A stretch of DNA of 64,000 nt from Reyranella sp. (GTDB taxonomy: Bacteria; Pseudomonadota; Alphaproteobacteria; Reyranellales; Reyranellaceae): NCBI GenBank assembly GCA_030684475.1, contig JAUXWB010000245.1, positions 826-64,825 on the forward strand, read 5' to 3'. Both the position numbers and the translations under genes were made by a program. The notes beneath the pieces are model-generated. The model saw only the letters and a program-made list of their open reading frames with translations. It ran no database searches and was not told the DNA's origin. Below, piece after piece: positions 42,155-52,772 of this stretch. The number at the start of each line of letters is the position of its first letter. The stretch's first letter is position 1.

Positions 42155-43570
42155 CTACAACGGTGGTCGCCGCTCGCGCCAAAGCCGAGCCTGTTCGAGC
42201 TGTGCCGCCAAAGAGAATAGCATTTCTTCGGCGCCGAAGCGGCCAACGAAATGCAGGCCGATAGGAAGCCCGTCGGCGGTCCATTCCAGCGGTACCGACA
42301 TGGCCGGCACGCCGGCGGCGTTGCACACGGCGGTAAAAGACACCAAGGGCGCCAGGCCTTCCTCGTACTGCTCGAGCGAACCATCCATCCGGACGGTACC
42401 CAGCGGCAGGCTCGTGCGCGCGATCGTGGGCGAGAGCAGCACGTCGTATTTCTCGAGAAAGACGCCGAGCGCGCGGCCCGTGCGATGGAACGTCTGCACG
42501 GCGCGAATGTAGTCGTTGGCACCGATGTCCCGGCCGCGCTCGGCATAGAGCCGCGTCACGGGCTCGAGATCGTCCGGCCCCGGCACGCGGCCACCCGCAC
42601 GAACCTGGATGTTCGTATAGGTATTGGCGCACATCACCGTCCCGAAGGCCGCGCCGGTCGCGGCGGCATCGTAGTCGGGGGCTGCTTCCTCGACGTGGTG
42701 GCCAAGCGCGGCCAGCAGCCCAGCCGTCCTTTCGACCGCGCCGACCAGCACCGGATCGAGTGGCGCGCCACCCACTGGCTTGGGCATGAAGGCGACGCGC
42801 AACCTTCCCGGCTCGCGCCGTGTAGCATCGAGGAACGTGCCCTCCGTCAGCGGCGCCCGATAGGGATCACCCGGCTCACCACCCGCCAGCACATCGAGCA
42901 GCGCCGCGCTGTCGCGCACCGAGATCGACACGCAAAGCTGCGTGCCGGCGCCCGCCAGCGTCTCGCCGATCGGCGCCAGACTGACACGTCCGCGCGACGG
43001 CTTCAGCCCGAACAGGCCACATAGCGACGCCGGAATGCGGATCGAGCCGCCGCCGTCTGTGGCATGGGCCATCGGCAGGCCGCGCGCCGCCACGATCGCC
43101 GCCGACCCACCCGACGATCCGCCCGGCGAGAGATCCTTGCGCCACGGGCTCACCGTTGCGCCGCCAAAGGCCGGCTCCGTCGTCGGCGACAGGCCGAACT
43201 CGCTGGTATTGCTTCGGCCCACGATCACCAGACCGGCGCGCCGCATGCGGGCCACCGCGGCGCTGTCGGCGGCAGCGACCGGCTCCTCGGCGAAGAATTT
43301 CGATCCCAGGGTCGTGGGTGTTCCGGCGCACTCGGCCATGAGTTGCTTCACGACGAAAGGCACGCCCTGGAATGGCCCCTCGTCGGCCGCTGCGACCGAT
43401 CTATCGAGCAACTCGCCCTCGTAAAAGTCCGTGATGGCGTTCAGCGACGCATCGAGTTTGCGCAGGCGCGCAATCGTGTCATCGACCAATTCGAGGACGC
43501 CGATCTTGCGCGCCTTGACCAGTTCGCCGATGGCCAGGGCGTCGTGGGTTGCGAAGAGATCGTCCACCAC
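42155..43570 (-). CDS. Amidase signature family enzyme
   Basis: GVPFVVK, GGSSGGS, DGGGSIRIPAS. Confidence 0.92.
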   Translation of the reverse strand: MVDDLFATHDALAIGELVKARKIGVLELVDDTIARLRKLDASLNAITDFYEGELLDRSVAAADEGPFQGVPFVVKQLMAECAGTPTTLGSKFFAEEPVAAADSAAVARMRRAGLVIVGRSNTSEFGLSPTTEPAFGGATVSPWRKDLSPGGSSGGSAAIVAARGLPMAHATDGGGSIRIPASLCGLFGLKPSRGRVSLAPIGETLAGAGTQLCVSISVRDSAALLDVLAGGEPGDPYRAPLTEGTFLDATRREPGRLRVAFMPKPVGGAPLDPVLVGAVERTAGLLAALGHHVEEAAPDYDAAATGAAFGTVMCANTYTNIQVRAGGRVPGPDDLEPVTRLYAERGRDIGANDYIRAVQTFHRTGRALGVFLEKYDVLLSPTIARTSLPLGTVRMDGSLEQYEEGLAPLVSFTAVCNAAGVPAMSVPLEWTADGLPIGLHFVGRFGAEEMLFSLAAQLEQARLWRERRPPL

Positions 43571-44653
43571 CTAGGTCCGCCAGCGCTCGAGATTGGCGGC
43601 CACGAAGGCGTCGTCGTGCAATTCGGGATAGGTCGCATAGAGTCGGTCGATGCCCTCGCTCTGGCCCGGGCTCAACTTCTCATGGGGATCGAGGCACTCG
43701 ATCGAGGTCATCAGTCCCTGCCGCCGCAGGATCTCATGGCAGCCTGGGATGCAACCGGCGAAGTCATGATCGACGTCGAACACCACGCTGTTGCAATCGG
43801 TGACGAAGGAATCGAGCGCCAGCACCTCGGGCGGGATGCTGCCGGCCGACACCGTGAGCTTGAGGCGTTCCAGAAGCTTCACCGCGCCCTTCGTCCATAT
43901 GCTCCAGTGTCCGAGCAGGCCGCCGCGGAAGCGCAGCGTGATCTCGCGGTTGCCGGTACGCACCACCAGCGGCGTCACGAGATCGGCCACGATGTGGTCG
44001 TCGTTGCCGGTGTAGAGCGTGACGCGCTCCTCGGCGTGGGCCTGGGCGATGCCGAACGCGACGTCGAGCGTGCGGTAGCGGTTGAACGGCGCCACCTTGA
44101 TCGCCACGACATTGTCGATGGCGGCGAAGCGCGCCCAGAAGGCGCGCGACAGCGGAATGCCGCCCACTGCCGTCTGCAGATAAAAGCCGATCAGCGGCAT
44201 TTCGCGCGACACCGCCGTGCAATGCTCGATCAGCTCGTCCTCGCTCGCCCCCTTCAGCGCGGCAAGCGACAGCAGGACGGCGTGATAGCCGAGCGCCCGC
44301 GCCGTGCGGGCCTCTTCGACCGCTTGCGCTGTCTTGCCGACCGCACCTGCGATCATCACCAGCGGCCGGTCGGTCCAGTCGCGTGCTGTTTCGATCGCGA
44401 GTTCCAGTACCGGCCGGTAGAGCCCGACCTCCCGAATGGCGAACTGGGTGGAATGGACGCCGACGGCCAATCCACCGGAGCCGGCGTCGACATAGTAGCG
44501 GCCGATCGCGCGCTGGGACTGCTCGTCGAATTTGCGATCGGGCCCAAGCGCCAGGGAGTGCGCGGGGATCACCGCGCCCTCGCGCAACAGGGACAGGACC
44601 GGCGCCGGCAGGTCGCGCCAGTGCAACGAATTTTGCATGGTCATCCCCGCCAT
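43571..44653 (-). CDS. Dihydrodipicolinate-synthase-like class I aldolase/dehydratase (start uncertain: 44653, 44644 or 44638)
   Basis: GLAVGVHSTQF, GFYLQ, Schiff-base lysine region VAIKVAPF, YTGNDD. Confidence 0.82.
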   Translation of the reverse strand: MAGMTMQNSLHWRDLPAPVLSLLREGAVIPAHSLALGPDRKFDEQSQRAIGRYYVDAGSGGLAVGVHSTQFAIREVGLYRPVLELAIETARDWTDRPLVMIAGAVGKTAQAVEEARTARALGYHAVLLSLAALKGASEDELIEHCTAVSREMPLIGFYLQTAVGGIPLSRAFWARFAAIDNVVAIKVAPFNRYRTLDVAFGIAQAHAEERVTLYTGNDDHIVADLVTPLVVRTGNREITLRFRGGLLGHWSIWTKGAVKLLERLKLTVSAGSIPPEVLALDSFVTDCNSVVFDVDHDFAGCIPGCHEILRRQGLMTSIECLDPHEKLSPGQSEGIDRLYATYPELHDDAFVAANLERWRT

Positions 44654-44654
44654 C

Positions 44655-45509
44655 CTAACCCAATTCCGGCCCACCGAGAGCAAAGACGTGGCTGGGGTCG
44701 TCCAACCCCTTGGCCGTTCCGAGCGTCATCCGCATGTAGCCGCGTGGCGAGACCGCGCCCGCGGCCTCCAGCCAGGCCCCGACCTCACGATGGGCGTCCG
44801 GCACATCGATGATGAAGGGCGGCTTGGTCGAGGCCGTCGCACGCGCGATCAGCGCCAGGGCGATGGCCTCGCTGTCGGCAATGACTGGCCCCAGCGAAGT
44901 CGCGATCCGCCCTTCGCGGCCCAGCACGAAGCCCGCGATCTTGCCCGACGGCGTCTCGGCGACCGCCGCCAGCCCGGGCTGGCGCGTCGCCAGATGGGCC
45001 AGAATGGTCGGCCGCTCCATGCCGCTCAGTGGCCGGTCGTAGGTCGCAAGCCGCGGCAGGTCCGCCAGCACCATAGGCCGCAGTGCGATGCCCTGAGGCG
45101 GCGGCACGGACGTTGCCGGCACCCGATCGAGATGCCAGCGGGAAATCTTATAGAGGTCGTGAAACCCGAGCGTCAGGTAGATTGGCCGCCCCTGCTCGGT
45201 GGCGTCGAGCCCTGCCACCGCGCCAGCAGAACGCACCTCCTCGATGCATTGCTTCAGCAATTCGCTGCCGACACCGCCGCGGCGGCGATCCTTGGTCACC
45301 AGCACCATGCTGATCCAGGCGAGCCGCCGGCCGAGTGGTAGAACGAGCGAACTTGCCTGCCACTTGCCATCGGCGCCGCGCAAGCCGAAGCCGCGACCGG
45401 CACCCAGCATGAATCGCCAGTCGGCGATGATCTGATTCCATCCCGCCTCGATCGACAGCGGCCACACCTCTTCGGCGTGAGCGGCCTCGATGGGATCAAT
45501 AGGTCCCAT
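44655..45509 (-). CDS. Tandem-domain GNAT acetyltransferase
   Basis: WISMVLV...RRRGGVG, LDATEQGRPIY...GF. Confidence 0.85.
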   Translation of the reverse strand: MGPIDPIEAAHAEEVWPLSIEAGWNQIIADWRFMLGAGRGFGLRGADGKWQASSLVLPLGRRLAWISMVLVTKDRRRGGVGSELLKQCIEEVRSAGAVAGLDATEQGRPIYLTLGFHDLYKISRWHLDRVPATSVPPPQGIALRPMVLADLPRLATYDRPLSGMERPTILAHLATRQPGLAAVAETPSGKIAGFVLGREGRIATSLGPVIADSEAIALALIARATASTKPPFIIDVPDAHREVGAWLEAAGAVSPRGYMRMTLGTAKGLDDPSHVFALGGPELG

Positions 45510-46524
45510 CGCGTACTTCGTATTTCGTCGGCTTGTTGATCGTCTTCATGTCGCGCGCCACCCAGTCGGCATTCCACTCGATCAGCTTCGCGAATGGCAC
45601 GCTGGGCGGCCCGAACTCCTTGACCATGCGCCGGGCGTTGTTGATCCAGCCGGTCGGCGCGGGCTTGCCGGTGAATTTCGGCTTCTTGCCGAGTAGCCGG
45701 CCGAACTCTTCCGCTACCTTGGCAACCTCGAAGGTCTCGGGGCCGGTGATATTGATTGGCGTGGTCGGCGTCGTGGCGTGCGCAAGGCAACGCAGCGCCA
45801 CGGAGTTGGCGTCGCCCTGCCAGATCACGTTGGCATGACCCATGGTGAGATCGATCGTCTCGCCGTCGCGTACCTTGCGAGCGATGTCGTGCAGCACGCC
45901 GTAGCGCATATCGATCGCATAGTTGAGCCGGAACAAGCGGCCCGGCGTGCCGTGCCTGACGGAGAAATACTCGAACATGCGCTCGCGGCCGACGCAGGAG
46001 TTGGCGTAGTCGCCGGACGGCGGCACGGGCGGCGTGTCCTCGGTCGCTCCACCGCTCTCGACTGGCACGAAGGGATAAACGTTACCGGTCGAGAAGGCGA
46101 CGATGCGCGAGGCCTTGAACACCTCGGCCACCATCGCCGGCATCTGCACGTTCATCGCCCAGGTGAGCGGCACGTCACCCGAGGCGCCGAACTTGCGGCC
46201 GGCCATGAACACGACGTTGGCTGCCTTGGGCAGCTTCTCGAGAGCCGCGCGATCCATCAGATCGGCGGGCATCGTCTCGACGCCGGCCTGTGCCAGTTCC
46301 TCACGCACGCCCTTTTCGCTGAAGCGGGCAACGCCGATCACCGCCTTGTCCGGCGCCGCGCGCTTGGCCAGGCGGGCGAGAGTCGGCCCCATTTTGCCGC
46401 CGACTCCCAGCACCATGATGTCGCCCGGCGTGGCGGCGAGATCGGCGACCAACGCATCGGACGGAGCGGTCATGAAGTCTTCCAGAGCTTCGATGGACTC
46501 GAAGCCGTCGGGCAGCTTGCTCAT
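45496..46524 (-). CDS. NAD-dependent epimerase/dehydratase family protein
   Basis: VLGVGGKMG, MAGRKFG, FSTGNVY, RLNYA. Confidence 0.85.
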   Translation of the reverse strand: MSKLPDGFESIEALEDFMTAPSDALVADLAATPGDIMVLGVGGKMGPTLARLAKRAAPDKAVIGVARFSEKGVREELAQAGVETMPADLMDRAALEKLPKAANVVFMAGRKFGASGDVPLTWAMNVQMPAMVAEVFKASRIVAFSTGNVYPFVPVESGGATEDTPPVPPSGDYANSCVGRERMFEYFSVRHGTPGRLFRLNYAIDMRYGVLHDIARKVRDGETIDLTMGHANVIWQGDANSVALRCLAHATTPTTPINITGPETFEVAKVAEEFGRLLGKKPKFTGKPAPTGWINNARRMVKEFGPPSVPFAKLIEWNADWVARDMKTINKPTKYEVRDGTY

Positions 46525-47966
46525 TTAGCTTCCTTCAATTTTTCCTGTGGCGCCGCCGGCATCGGCCGCATCGATTTGAAGTCGAGGGCGACACCGACGG
46601 CAAAGCCTGGACAGCCGAGCGACCCTAGCGCCAGTTTGCCACCCTTCACCCTGAGCCGCGCCGGCTTGCCGGGCAGTTTCTCGTAGAGCGCGGGGTGCGC
46701 CGCCACGAAGGCCTTTTGCTCGCCCTCGGGCACACCCGACATGCCGTCGATGAAGTGGTGGGCATTACGCTCGACATGGGTGAGGCCGAGCAGCGACACC
46801 AGGGCGAGATCCTGCTGGACGCTGGTGCCCGGCCCGGTCGTCAGGTCCTCGGCCGACATGAAGTAGCGCGTGCTGCCAACTTCGGCGTTCAGCCTCTCCA
46901 CCCGCGCGGCATTTAGAAGCGACTTGTAGAAGCCCTTGCAGTTCTTGCTGGAAACGCCGGAGTAGCCCAGCGTCAAGGCCGTCGGGAAGGATGACAGTTC
47001 GCCGTCCGACTCGTCGATGATCACGGGGCGATATTCGGCGAGCTCGGTCACCGGCCGGCTAAGTGCCGAGGCGCGTTTGATCGGCTGCTCGATGAACAGC
47101 GTCGCCTTGACCATGCGCGCCAGCGCCGGCGTCTCCTCGACCTTGCGCCACAGTTCAAGAATGCCGTCGACGTCGTCGTACTGCTCGTTGCCATCGAAAG
47201 TGACACGATAGTCGCCCGCACCGGCATCCAGCACAGCGGCGATGCGCGACAGCCGGTCGAGGTCGGCCTTGATGTCGCCGCCCACCTTCAGCTTGTAGTA
47301 GCGACCACGATAATGAGCGACGACCTCTTCCAACGTTTCCGGCAAGCCATCATTGACCCGCTCCGAGGCCGGTCGATCAGCCGCGGTCAACGGATCGACG
47401 AGACCGACCGTATGGCGCAGGTCGATGGTCTCGCCGGGTTTCAGGCCGGCAATGAAAGGCTGAAGATGAGCATCCTTGATGTCGGGGGTGAGGTCGGTGG
47501 CCTCGATACCGGGCACGTTGGTCGAAATCATGGTGGCGAACGATTGCCCCGTCACCTTGCCCAAGGCATCGAGAATCGCCCGGTCGAGCAGCGCCGGACC
47601 GTAGGCGGCGACCAGCGGGTTAAGGCCGAGCTGCGCACCGCGCGCCTGCTGCGTTAGATAAGTGCTGGCGTACAATCCGAACGGCGTGTCGAGGCCGTGC
47701 GCCTTGTAGTGGTCGATGGCGATGTCGAGCGACTGGCGGAGCTGGTCGAGGTTCTGGGCGTCGGTGAAGGCCGGGCTCTTCTCGAACCACTTGGCGCCCA
47801 GTGCTTCGGCTGCCACGCCTTCACTGGTCCGGCCATCCTCAAGCTTGATCCGCACACGAATGATCGCATGGATGCTTTCGGTAACGGTGATGACGCCGAA
47901 GCGGAACGGCAGGCGCAAGCGAACATCACGCTCGAAACGATCGACCTCGGTCAGTTTCACCTTCAT
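46521..47966 (-). CDS. Enolase-superfamily (mandelate racemase-like) enzyme
   Basis: KLK motif (YYKLKVGG) and metal-ligand motifs DGNE, IEQP, IDES. Confidence 0.8.
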   Translation of the reverse strand: MKVKLTEVDRFERDVRLRLPFRFGVITVTESIHAIIRVRIKLEDGRTSEGVAAEALGAKWFEKSPAFTDAQNLDQLRQSLDIAIDHYKAHGLDTPFGLYASTYLTQQARGAQLGLNPLVAAYGPALLDRAILDALGKVTGQSFATMISTNVPGIEATDLTPDIKDAHLQPFIAGLKPGETIDLRHTVGLVDPLTAADRPASERVNDGLPETLEEVVAHYRGRYYKLKVGGDIKADLDRLSRIAAVLDAGAGDYRVTFDGNEQYDDVDGILELWRKVEETPALARMVKATLFIEQPIKRASALSRPVTELAEYRPVIIDESDGELSSFPTALTLGYSGVSSKNCKGFYKSLLNAARVERLNAEVGSTRYFMSAEDLTTGPGTSVQQDLALVSLLGLTHVERNAHHFIDGMSGVPEGEQKAFVAAHPALYEKLPGKPARLRVKGGKLALGSLGCPGFAVGVALDFKSMRPMPAAPQEKLKEAK

Positions 47967-48781
47967 GCGCCTTGCTCCAAGAGTCCGGCGACGTAGCCGA
48001 TCATCCGCGCCGCGCAGGTCGGACCATCGGGTTCGTAGACGAAGGGTTCCATGGCGACCCAGCCGGTGTAGCCGGTTTCCCTGAGCGCCTGCACGACGGG
48101 CGCGAACCTGTCTCCGCCCTGCCCCGGCCCGCGCTTGCTGCGGTCGTTGAACTGCACGTGGGCCATCAGCCCGGTCGGCATCCAGCGCCGAACGACATCG
48201 GCGACCGATTCCTTCTCCTCCAGGCTGGCCGCCAACGTATCGATCATGATGGTGAGCGCAGGATTGCCGTTGCGCTTCACCACCTCGGCCGCCTCGGCAA
48301 GTGTATTGACGAAATTGCAGTCAGGCCGGGCGAGCGGTTCCAGGCAATAAGTGACGCCGGCCTGGCCGGCCTCGGATGACGCGATGCGCCATGCCTCCTC
48401 CGCCCGCTTGGCGTCGTCGGGTCCGGTCACGCGGCGCTGCACGGGCGAGCCGTGCACGAGATAGTCGCCACCAAGATCGGCGCAGAGTTCGACCGAACCC
48501 CGCAGGACATCGACGCTTCTCTGCCAGACCGCGCGGTCGGCGGTGGTGATCGACAGGCCCGCCGGCGCCGCCAGCAGCCAATGCAGCCCGCTGATCGCGA
48601 CCCCGGCATCGGCGCAGGTCCTGCGGATCTCCGCGCGGCGCGACGCCGGCATGGACCAGGCGTCGTCACCCAGGGTGAAGGGCGCGAGCTCGAGGCCGCG
48701 ATAGCCGAGGCCCGCCGCCAGCACGCATTGCCGCTCGAAGGAGAGCTCGCGGATCACCTCGTTGCACAGGGACAGTTTCAC
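47963..48781 (-). CDS. Sugar phosphate isomerase/epimerase (xylose-isomerase-like TIM barrel, tagatose 3-epimerase-like)
   Basis: GLELAPF, CLEPL, HVQFND, AMEPF; GTG start inferred. Confidence 0.85.
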   Translation of the reverse strand: MKLSLCNEVIRELSFERQCVLAAGLGYRGLELAPFTLGDDAWSMPASRRAEIRRTCADAGVAISGLHWLLAAPAGLSITTADRAVWQRSVDVLRGSVELCADLGGDYLVHGSPVQRRVTGPDDAKRAEEAWRIASSEAGQAGVTYCLEPLARPDCNFVNTLAEAAEVVKRNGNPALTIMIDTLAASLEEKESVADVVRRWMPTGLMAHVQFNDRSKRGPGQGGDRFAPVVQALRETGYTGWVAMEPFVYEPDGPTCAARMIGYVAGLLEQGA

Positions 48782-48859
48782 CGATGATCCTCGCCTTGAC
48801 GGGCAAAAGCGCGTTCGCCAGTCTGAACGAATGCCGACACATGATATCAGCGGGAAGAA

Positions 48860-48881
48860 AGCGATGAACAGGTTCATCGCT
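48860..48881. promoter_or_regulatory. 10-2-10 perfect inverted repeat in the divergent promoter region
   Basis: AGCGATGAAC-AG-GTTCATCGCT; a TGATATCA palindrome at 48842-48849 lies nearby. Confidence 0.5.
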
Positions 48882-48889
48882 CGGCGCGC

Positions 48890-49657
48890 ATGACGAAATT
48901 CGCCCATCTCAGCCGGCAATACTGGCCGACCCTCGTCCTGTTCGCCTTTCTGCTGGCAAGCTGGCAGGCCGCCGTGAGCTTCGGTGGCATCCGCGAATAC
49001 CTGCTGCCGGCGCCGCTTTCGGTGTGGAACGCGCTATGGCACGGCGACATGTCGTGGGGCCAGCACATCTGGACGACGACGTTCGAGATCATCGGCGCCT
49101 TCTTTCTTGCCGCCGTCGTCGGCGTGGCGCTCGGTGTCGCCATTGCCTGGTCGCCATTGCTGGCCAATGCGCTCGTGCCCTTCCTGGTGTTCGTCAACAC
49201 TCTGCCCAAGGTGGCGATCGCGCCGCTGTTCCTGATCTGGATGGGCTACGGCATCTTCCCCAACATGCTGATGGGGGCACTGATCGGCTTCTTTCCCGTG
49301 GTCATCAACACCGCGGTCGGCCTCAGCCAGGTCGAGGCCGACATGCTCGACCTCGGCCGCGTTTTCAGCGCGCCGAAATGGAAGATCTTCGTGAAGATCC
49401 GCATCCCCAACGCATTGCCTTACATCCTGAGTGCGCTCAAGATCACCGCGACCGCCGCCGTCGTTGGCGCCATCGTCGGCGAGTTCGTCGCCTCGCAGAG
49501 GGGCTTGGGCTACGTCATCGTCACCACCCAGAGCAGCATGAACACCTCGGTGGCGTTCGCCGCGCTGATCTGGATCTCGGCCATCGGCCTTGCGCTCTAT
49601 GGCGCCGTCGTGTTGGTGGCCCATCTCTGGGCGCCATGGGCCGAAGGCATTGACTGA
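48890..49657 (+). CDS. ABC transporter permease (SsuC/TauC type)
   Basis: LLPAP, LPKVAIAPLF, FFPVVINT, AIVGEF. Confidence 0.92.
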   Translation: MTKFAHLSRQYWPTLVLFAFLLASWQAAVSFGGIREYLLPAPLSVWNALWHGDMSWGQHIWTTTFEIIGAFFLAAVVGVALGVAIAWSPLLANALVPFLVFVNTLPKVAIAPLFLIWMGYGIFPNMLMGALIGFFPVVINTAVGLSQVEADMLDLGRVFSAPKWKIFVKIRIPNALPYILSALKITATAAVVGAIVGEFVASQRGLGYVIVTTQSSMNTSVAFAALIWISAIGLALYGAVVLVAHLWAPWAEGID

Positions 49658-49685
49658 CATCGGGGTTGAGAAAAGGGAGACTGTC

Positions 49686-50687
49686 ATGACTCGCACACGA
49701 TCGCTCGCACCGGCGCTCGCACTGGCCGGCCTGTTGGCCACCAGCACCGCCGCCTCCGCCCAGGAGAAGTTCAAATTCGCCCTCAACTGGTTCGCAGTCG
49801 GTGACCACGCCGCCTACTGGGTCGCCCTCGACAAGGGCTACTACAAGGCCAAGGGCCTCGACGTGACCCTGGAGAACTCCAAGGGTTCCGGCGATTCGAT
49901 CGCCAAGGTCGACACCGGTCGCGCCGACGCGGGCCTTGCCGATGCCGCCGTGGTCATCGCCTCGGCCGCACGCGGCACCACGGTCAAGGTCGTGGGCATG
50001 GTGTTCGACAAGACGCCGCTCAATATCTTCAGCCTCAAGAGCAAGCCGCTCACCAAGCCCAAGGATCTCGAGGGGGTGACCCTGGGCGCCCCCCCGGGCG
50101 ACAGCCAGCGCCAGATCTTTCCGGCTTTCGCCAAATTGAACGGCATCGACGCGTCCAAGGTCACCTGGGTCAACATCGAGCCCGCCGCCAAGATCGCCGC
50201 CGTCGCCGAGAAGCGCATGGACGGCGTCGGCGACTACTCGACCGGCCTGCCGCTCTACGAGAAGGCCGCCGGCAAGGGCAATGTCGTGATGATGCAGTGG
50301 GCCGACTTCGGCTTCGACATGTACTCGATGTCGATCATCGCCAGCGCCAAGACGATGAAGGAGCGGCCGCAGGTGCTAAAGGCCTTCCTCGAAGCCTCCT
50401 ACATGGGCTGGCGCGACGTCATGGCCGATCCGAAGGCGGCGATGGAGATCTTCAAGAAGCGGGTGCCCGAGGTCGACGTCGAACTGATGACGCCCAACAT
50501 GCTGCTGGGTCTCGGCCTGATGAAAACCGACCGCTATGCCAAGAACGGCATCGGCTCGATCGACGACAAGAAGATGTGCGACTCGGTCGAGCTGGTGAAC
50601 ACCTACATGGGCCTGCCCAAGAAGGTCGAATGCAAGGACGTCTATTCGAAGGACTTCTACACCCTGGTGCAGATGCCCAAGAACTGA
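49686..50687 (+). CDS. ABC transporter substrate-binding protein (NMT1/THI5/SsuA-like)
   Basis: Signal peptide, LNWF...H...VALDKGYY, KPKDLEG. Confidence 0.9.
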   Translation: MTRTRSLAPALALAGLLATSTAASAQEKFKFALNWFAVGDHAAYWVALDKGYYKAKGLDVTLENSKGSGDSIAKVDTGRADAGLADAAVVIASAARGTTVKVVGMVFDKTPLNIFSLKSKPLTKPKDLEGVTLGAPPGDSQRQIFPAFAKLNGIDASKVTWVNIEPAAKIAAVAEKRMDGVGDYSTGLPLYEKAAGKGNVVMMQWADFGFDMYSMSIIASAKTMKERPQVLKAFLEASYMGWRDVMADPKAAMEIFKKRVPEVDVELMTPNMLLGLGLMKTDRYAKNGIGSIDDKKMCDSVELVNTYMGLPKKVECKDVYSKDFYTLVQMPKN

Positions 50688-50697
50688 CGCATCGGGC

Positions 50698-51501
50698 GTG
50701 ACCAACAGGCTGATCGACCTCGACAAGGTCGGCATGATCTACGAGGCGGCGAGTGGCCCTGTCGAGGCCCTCGCCGGCATATCGTTGTCGGTGGACGCCG
50801 GTGAGTTCGTCTCGCTGGTGGGCCCGAGCGGCTGCGGAAAGTCCACCCTGCTGCGCATCGTGGCGGGACTTCGGCCCGCCACGGCCGGCACGATCTCCGT
50901 CGCCGGCCGCAAGGTGACGCAGCCGATCCCTGATATCGGCATGGTCTTCCAGGCGCCGATCCTGCTGAAGTGGCGGACCATCCTGGAGAACGTGCTGCTG
51001 CCGGCCGAGTTGGCCGGCAAGGACGCCGGCGCGCTGCGTGGCCGCGCCCTCGACCTGCTGGAGATGGCCGAACTGAACGGTTTTGCCGACAAGCTGCCGC
51101 GCGAGCTTTCCGGCGGCATGCAGCAGCGCGCCTCGCTCTGCCGCGCCCTGCTGCTCGACCCTCCGCTCCTGTTGATGGACGAGCCGTTCGGTGCGCTCGA
51201 CGCCATGACCCGGGACGATATGGCGCTGGAGCTGCTGCGCATCTGGGGCGAGCGCGACCTTGCCCGTGAAGCGCGCAAGACCGTTCTGTTCGTGACCCAC
51301 TCCATCCCCGAGGCCGTGTTCCTGTCCGACCGCGTGGTGGTCATGTCTCCCCGTCCCGGCCGCATCGCGGCCGATCTGCGGATCGACCTGCCGCGGCCTC
51401 GGACCGTGGAACTGCGCGCCTCCGAGACCTTCGGCCGCCTCAACCTGGAGATTTTCCGCACCCTCACGGGAAGGACAGTTGGCGCGGCCGGCACTGCCTG
51501 A
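50698..51501 (+). CDS. ABC transporter ATP-binding protein (SsuB/TauB type)
   Basis: [30 protein letters not shown]. Confidence 0.94.
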   Translation: MTNRLIDLDKVGMIYEAASGPVEALAGISLSVDAGEFVSLVGPSGCGKSTLLRIVAGLRPATAGTISVAGRKVTQPIPDIGMVFQAPILLKWRTILENVLLPAELAGKDAGALRGRALDLLEMAELNGFADKLPRELSGGMQQRASLCRALLLDPPLLLMDEPFGALDAMTRDDMALELLRIWGERDLAREARKTVLFVTHSIPEAVFLSDRVVVMSPRPGRIAADLRIDLPRPRTVELRASETFGRLNLEIFRTLTGRTVGAAGTA

Positions 51502-51532
51502 TAAGAGGCGCCGAAGACATCGAGGAGACGAC

Positions 51533-52768
51533 ATGGCCATCGCCGCAACACCTATCAAGAGCGCCGCCAAGGGCATCAGCGCCGACGCCAAGCCATTCGA
51601 CTGGGAGGATCCGTTCTTCCTCGACGATCAGCTCACCGAGGAAGAGATCGCGGTCCGCGACGCCACACGCGACTACTGCCAGGACAGGCTGATGACGCGC
51701 GTGCTGGAGGCCAACCGCCACGAGAAATTCCACCGCGAGATCATGAACGAAATGGGCGCGCTTGGCCTGCTGGGCTCGACCCTGCCCGAGAAATACGGCT
51801 GCGCCGGCGCCAACTACACGACCTACGGCTTGGTCGCCCGCGAGGTCGAGCGCGTCGATTCCGGCTACCGCTCGGCGATGAGCGTACAATCCTCGCTGGT
51901 CATGCATCCGATCTACGCCTACGGGACGGAAGAGCAGCGCATGAAGTATCTGCCCAAGCTCGCGACAGGCGAATGGGTCGGCTGCTTCGGCCTCACCGAG
52001 CCCGACCATGGCTCCGATCCTGGCGGCATGAAGACCCGCGCCGTGACGGTACCCGGCGGCTACAAGGTCTCGGGCTCGAAGATGTGGATCACCAATTCGC
52101 CGATCGCCGACGTGCTGGTGATCTGGGCCAAGCTCGACGGCGGCGCGATCCGCGGCTTCATCCTGGAACGCGGCATGAAGGGCCTCGAGACGCCCAAGAT
52201 CGAGGGCAAGTTCAGCCTCCGCGCCTCGGTCACCGGCGGCATCATGATGGACGAGGTGATGGTGCCCACCGAGAACATGCTGCCCAACGTCGCCGGCCTC
52301 GGAGGTCCGTTCGGCTGCCTCAACAACGCCCGCTACGGCATCGCCTGGGGCGCCATGGGTGCCGCCGAGTTCTGCTGGAAGCAGGCGCGCAACTACACGC
52401 TCGACCGCAAGCAGTTCGGCCGGCCGCTGGCTGCCAACCAGCTGATCCAGAAGAAGCTGGCCGACATGCAGACCGAGATCGCGCTTGGCCTGCAGGCCTG
52501 CGTGCGAGTCGGCCGCCTCAAGGATGCGGGCCACGCGCAGCCGGAGATGATCTCGCTGATCAAGCGCAACAATTGCGGCAAGGCGCTCGACATCGCCCGC
52601 GTCGCCCGCGACATGCACGGCGGCAACGGCGTGTCGGACGAGTATCATGTGATCCGCCACGTCATGAACCTCGAGGCCGTGAACACCTACGAGGGTACCC
52701 ACGACGTGCACGCGCTGATCCTCGGCCGCGCCATGACCGGCATCCAGGCCTTCTCTTCCGGGGCCTGA
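51533..52768 (+). CDS. gcdH: Glutaryl-CoA dehydrogenase
   Basis: [47 protein letters not shown]. Confidence 0.93.
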   Translation: MAIAATPIKSAAKGISADAKPFDWEDPFFLDDQLTEEEIAVRDATRDYCQDRLMTRVLEANRHEKFHREIMNEMGALGLLGSTLPEKYGCAGANYTTYGLVAREVERVDSGYRSAMSVQSSLVMHPIYAYGTEEQRMKYLPKLATGEWVGCFGLTEPDHGSDPGGMKTRAVTVPGGYKVSGSKMWITNSPIADVLVIWAKLDGGAIRGFILERGMKGLETPKIEGKFSLRASVTGGIMMDEVMVPTENMLPNVAGLGGPFGCLNNARYGIAWGAMGAAEFCWKQARNYTLDRKQFGRPLAANQLIQKKLADMQTEIALGLQACVRVGRLKDAGHAQPEMISLIKRNNCGKALDIARVARDMHGGNGVSDEYHVIRHVMNLEAVNTYEGTHDVHALILGRAMTGIQAFSSGA

Positions 52769-52772
52769 CCGG

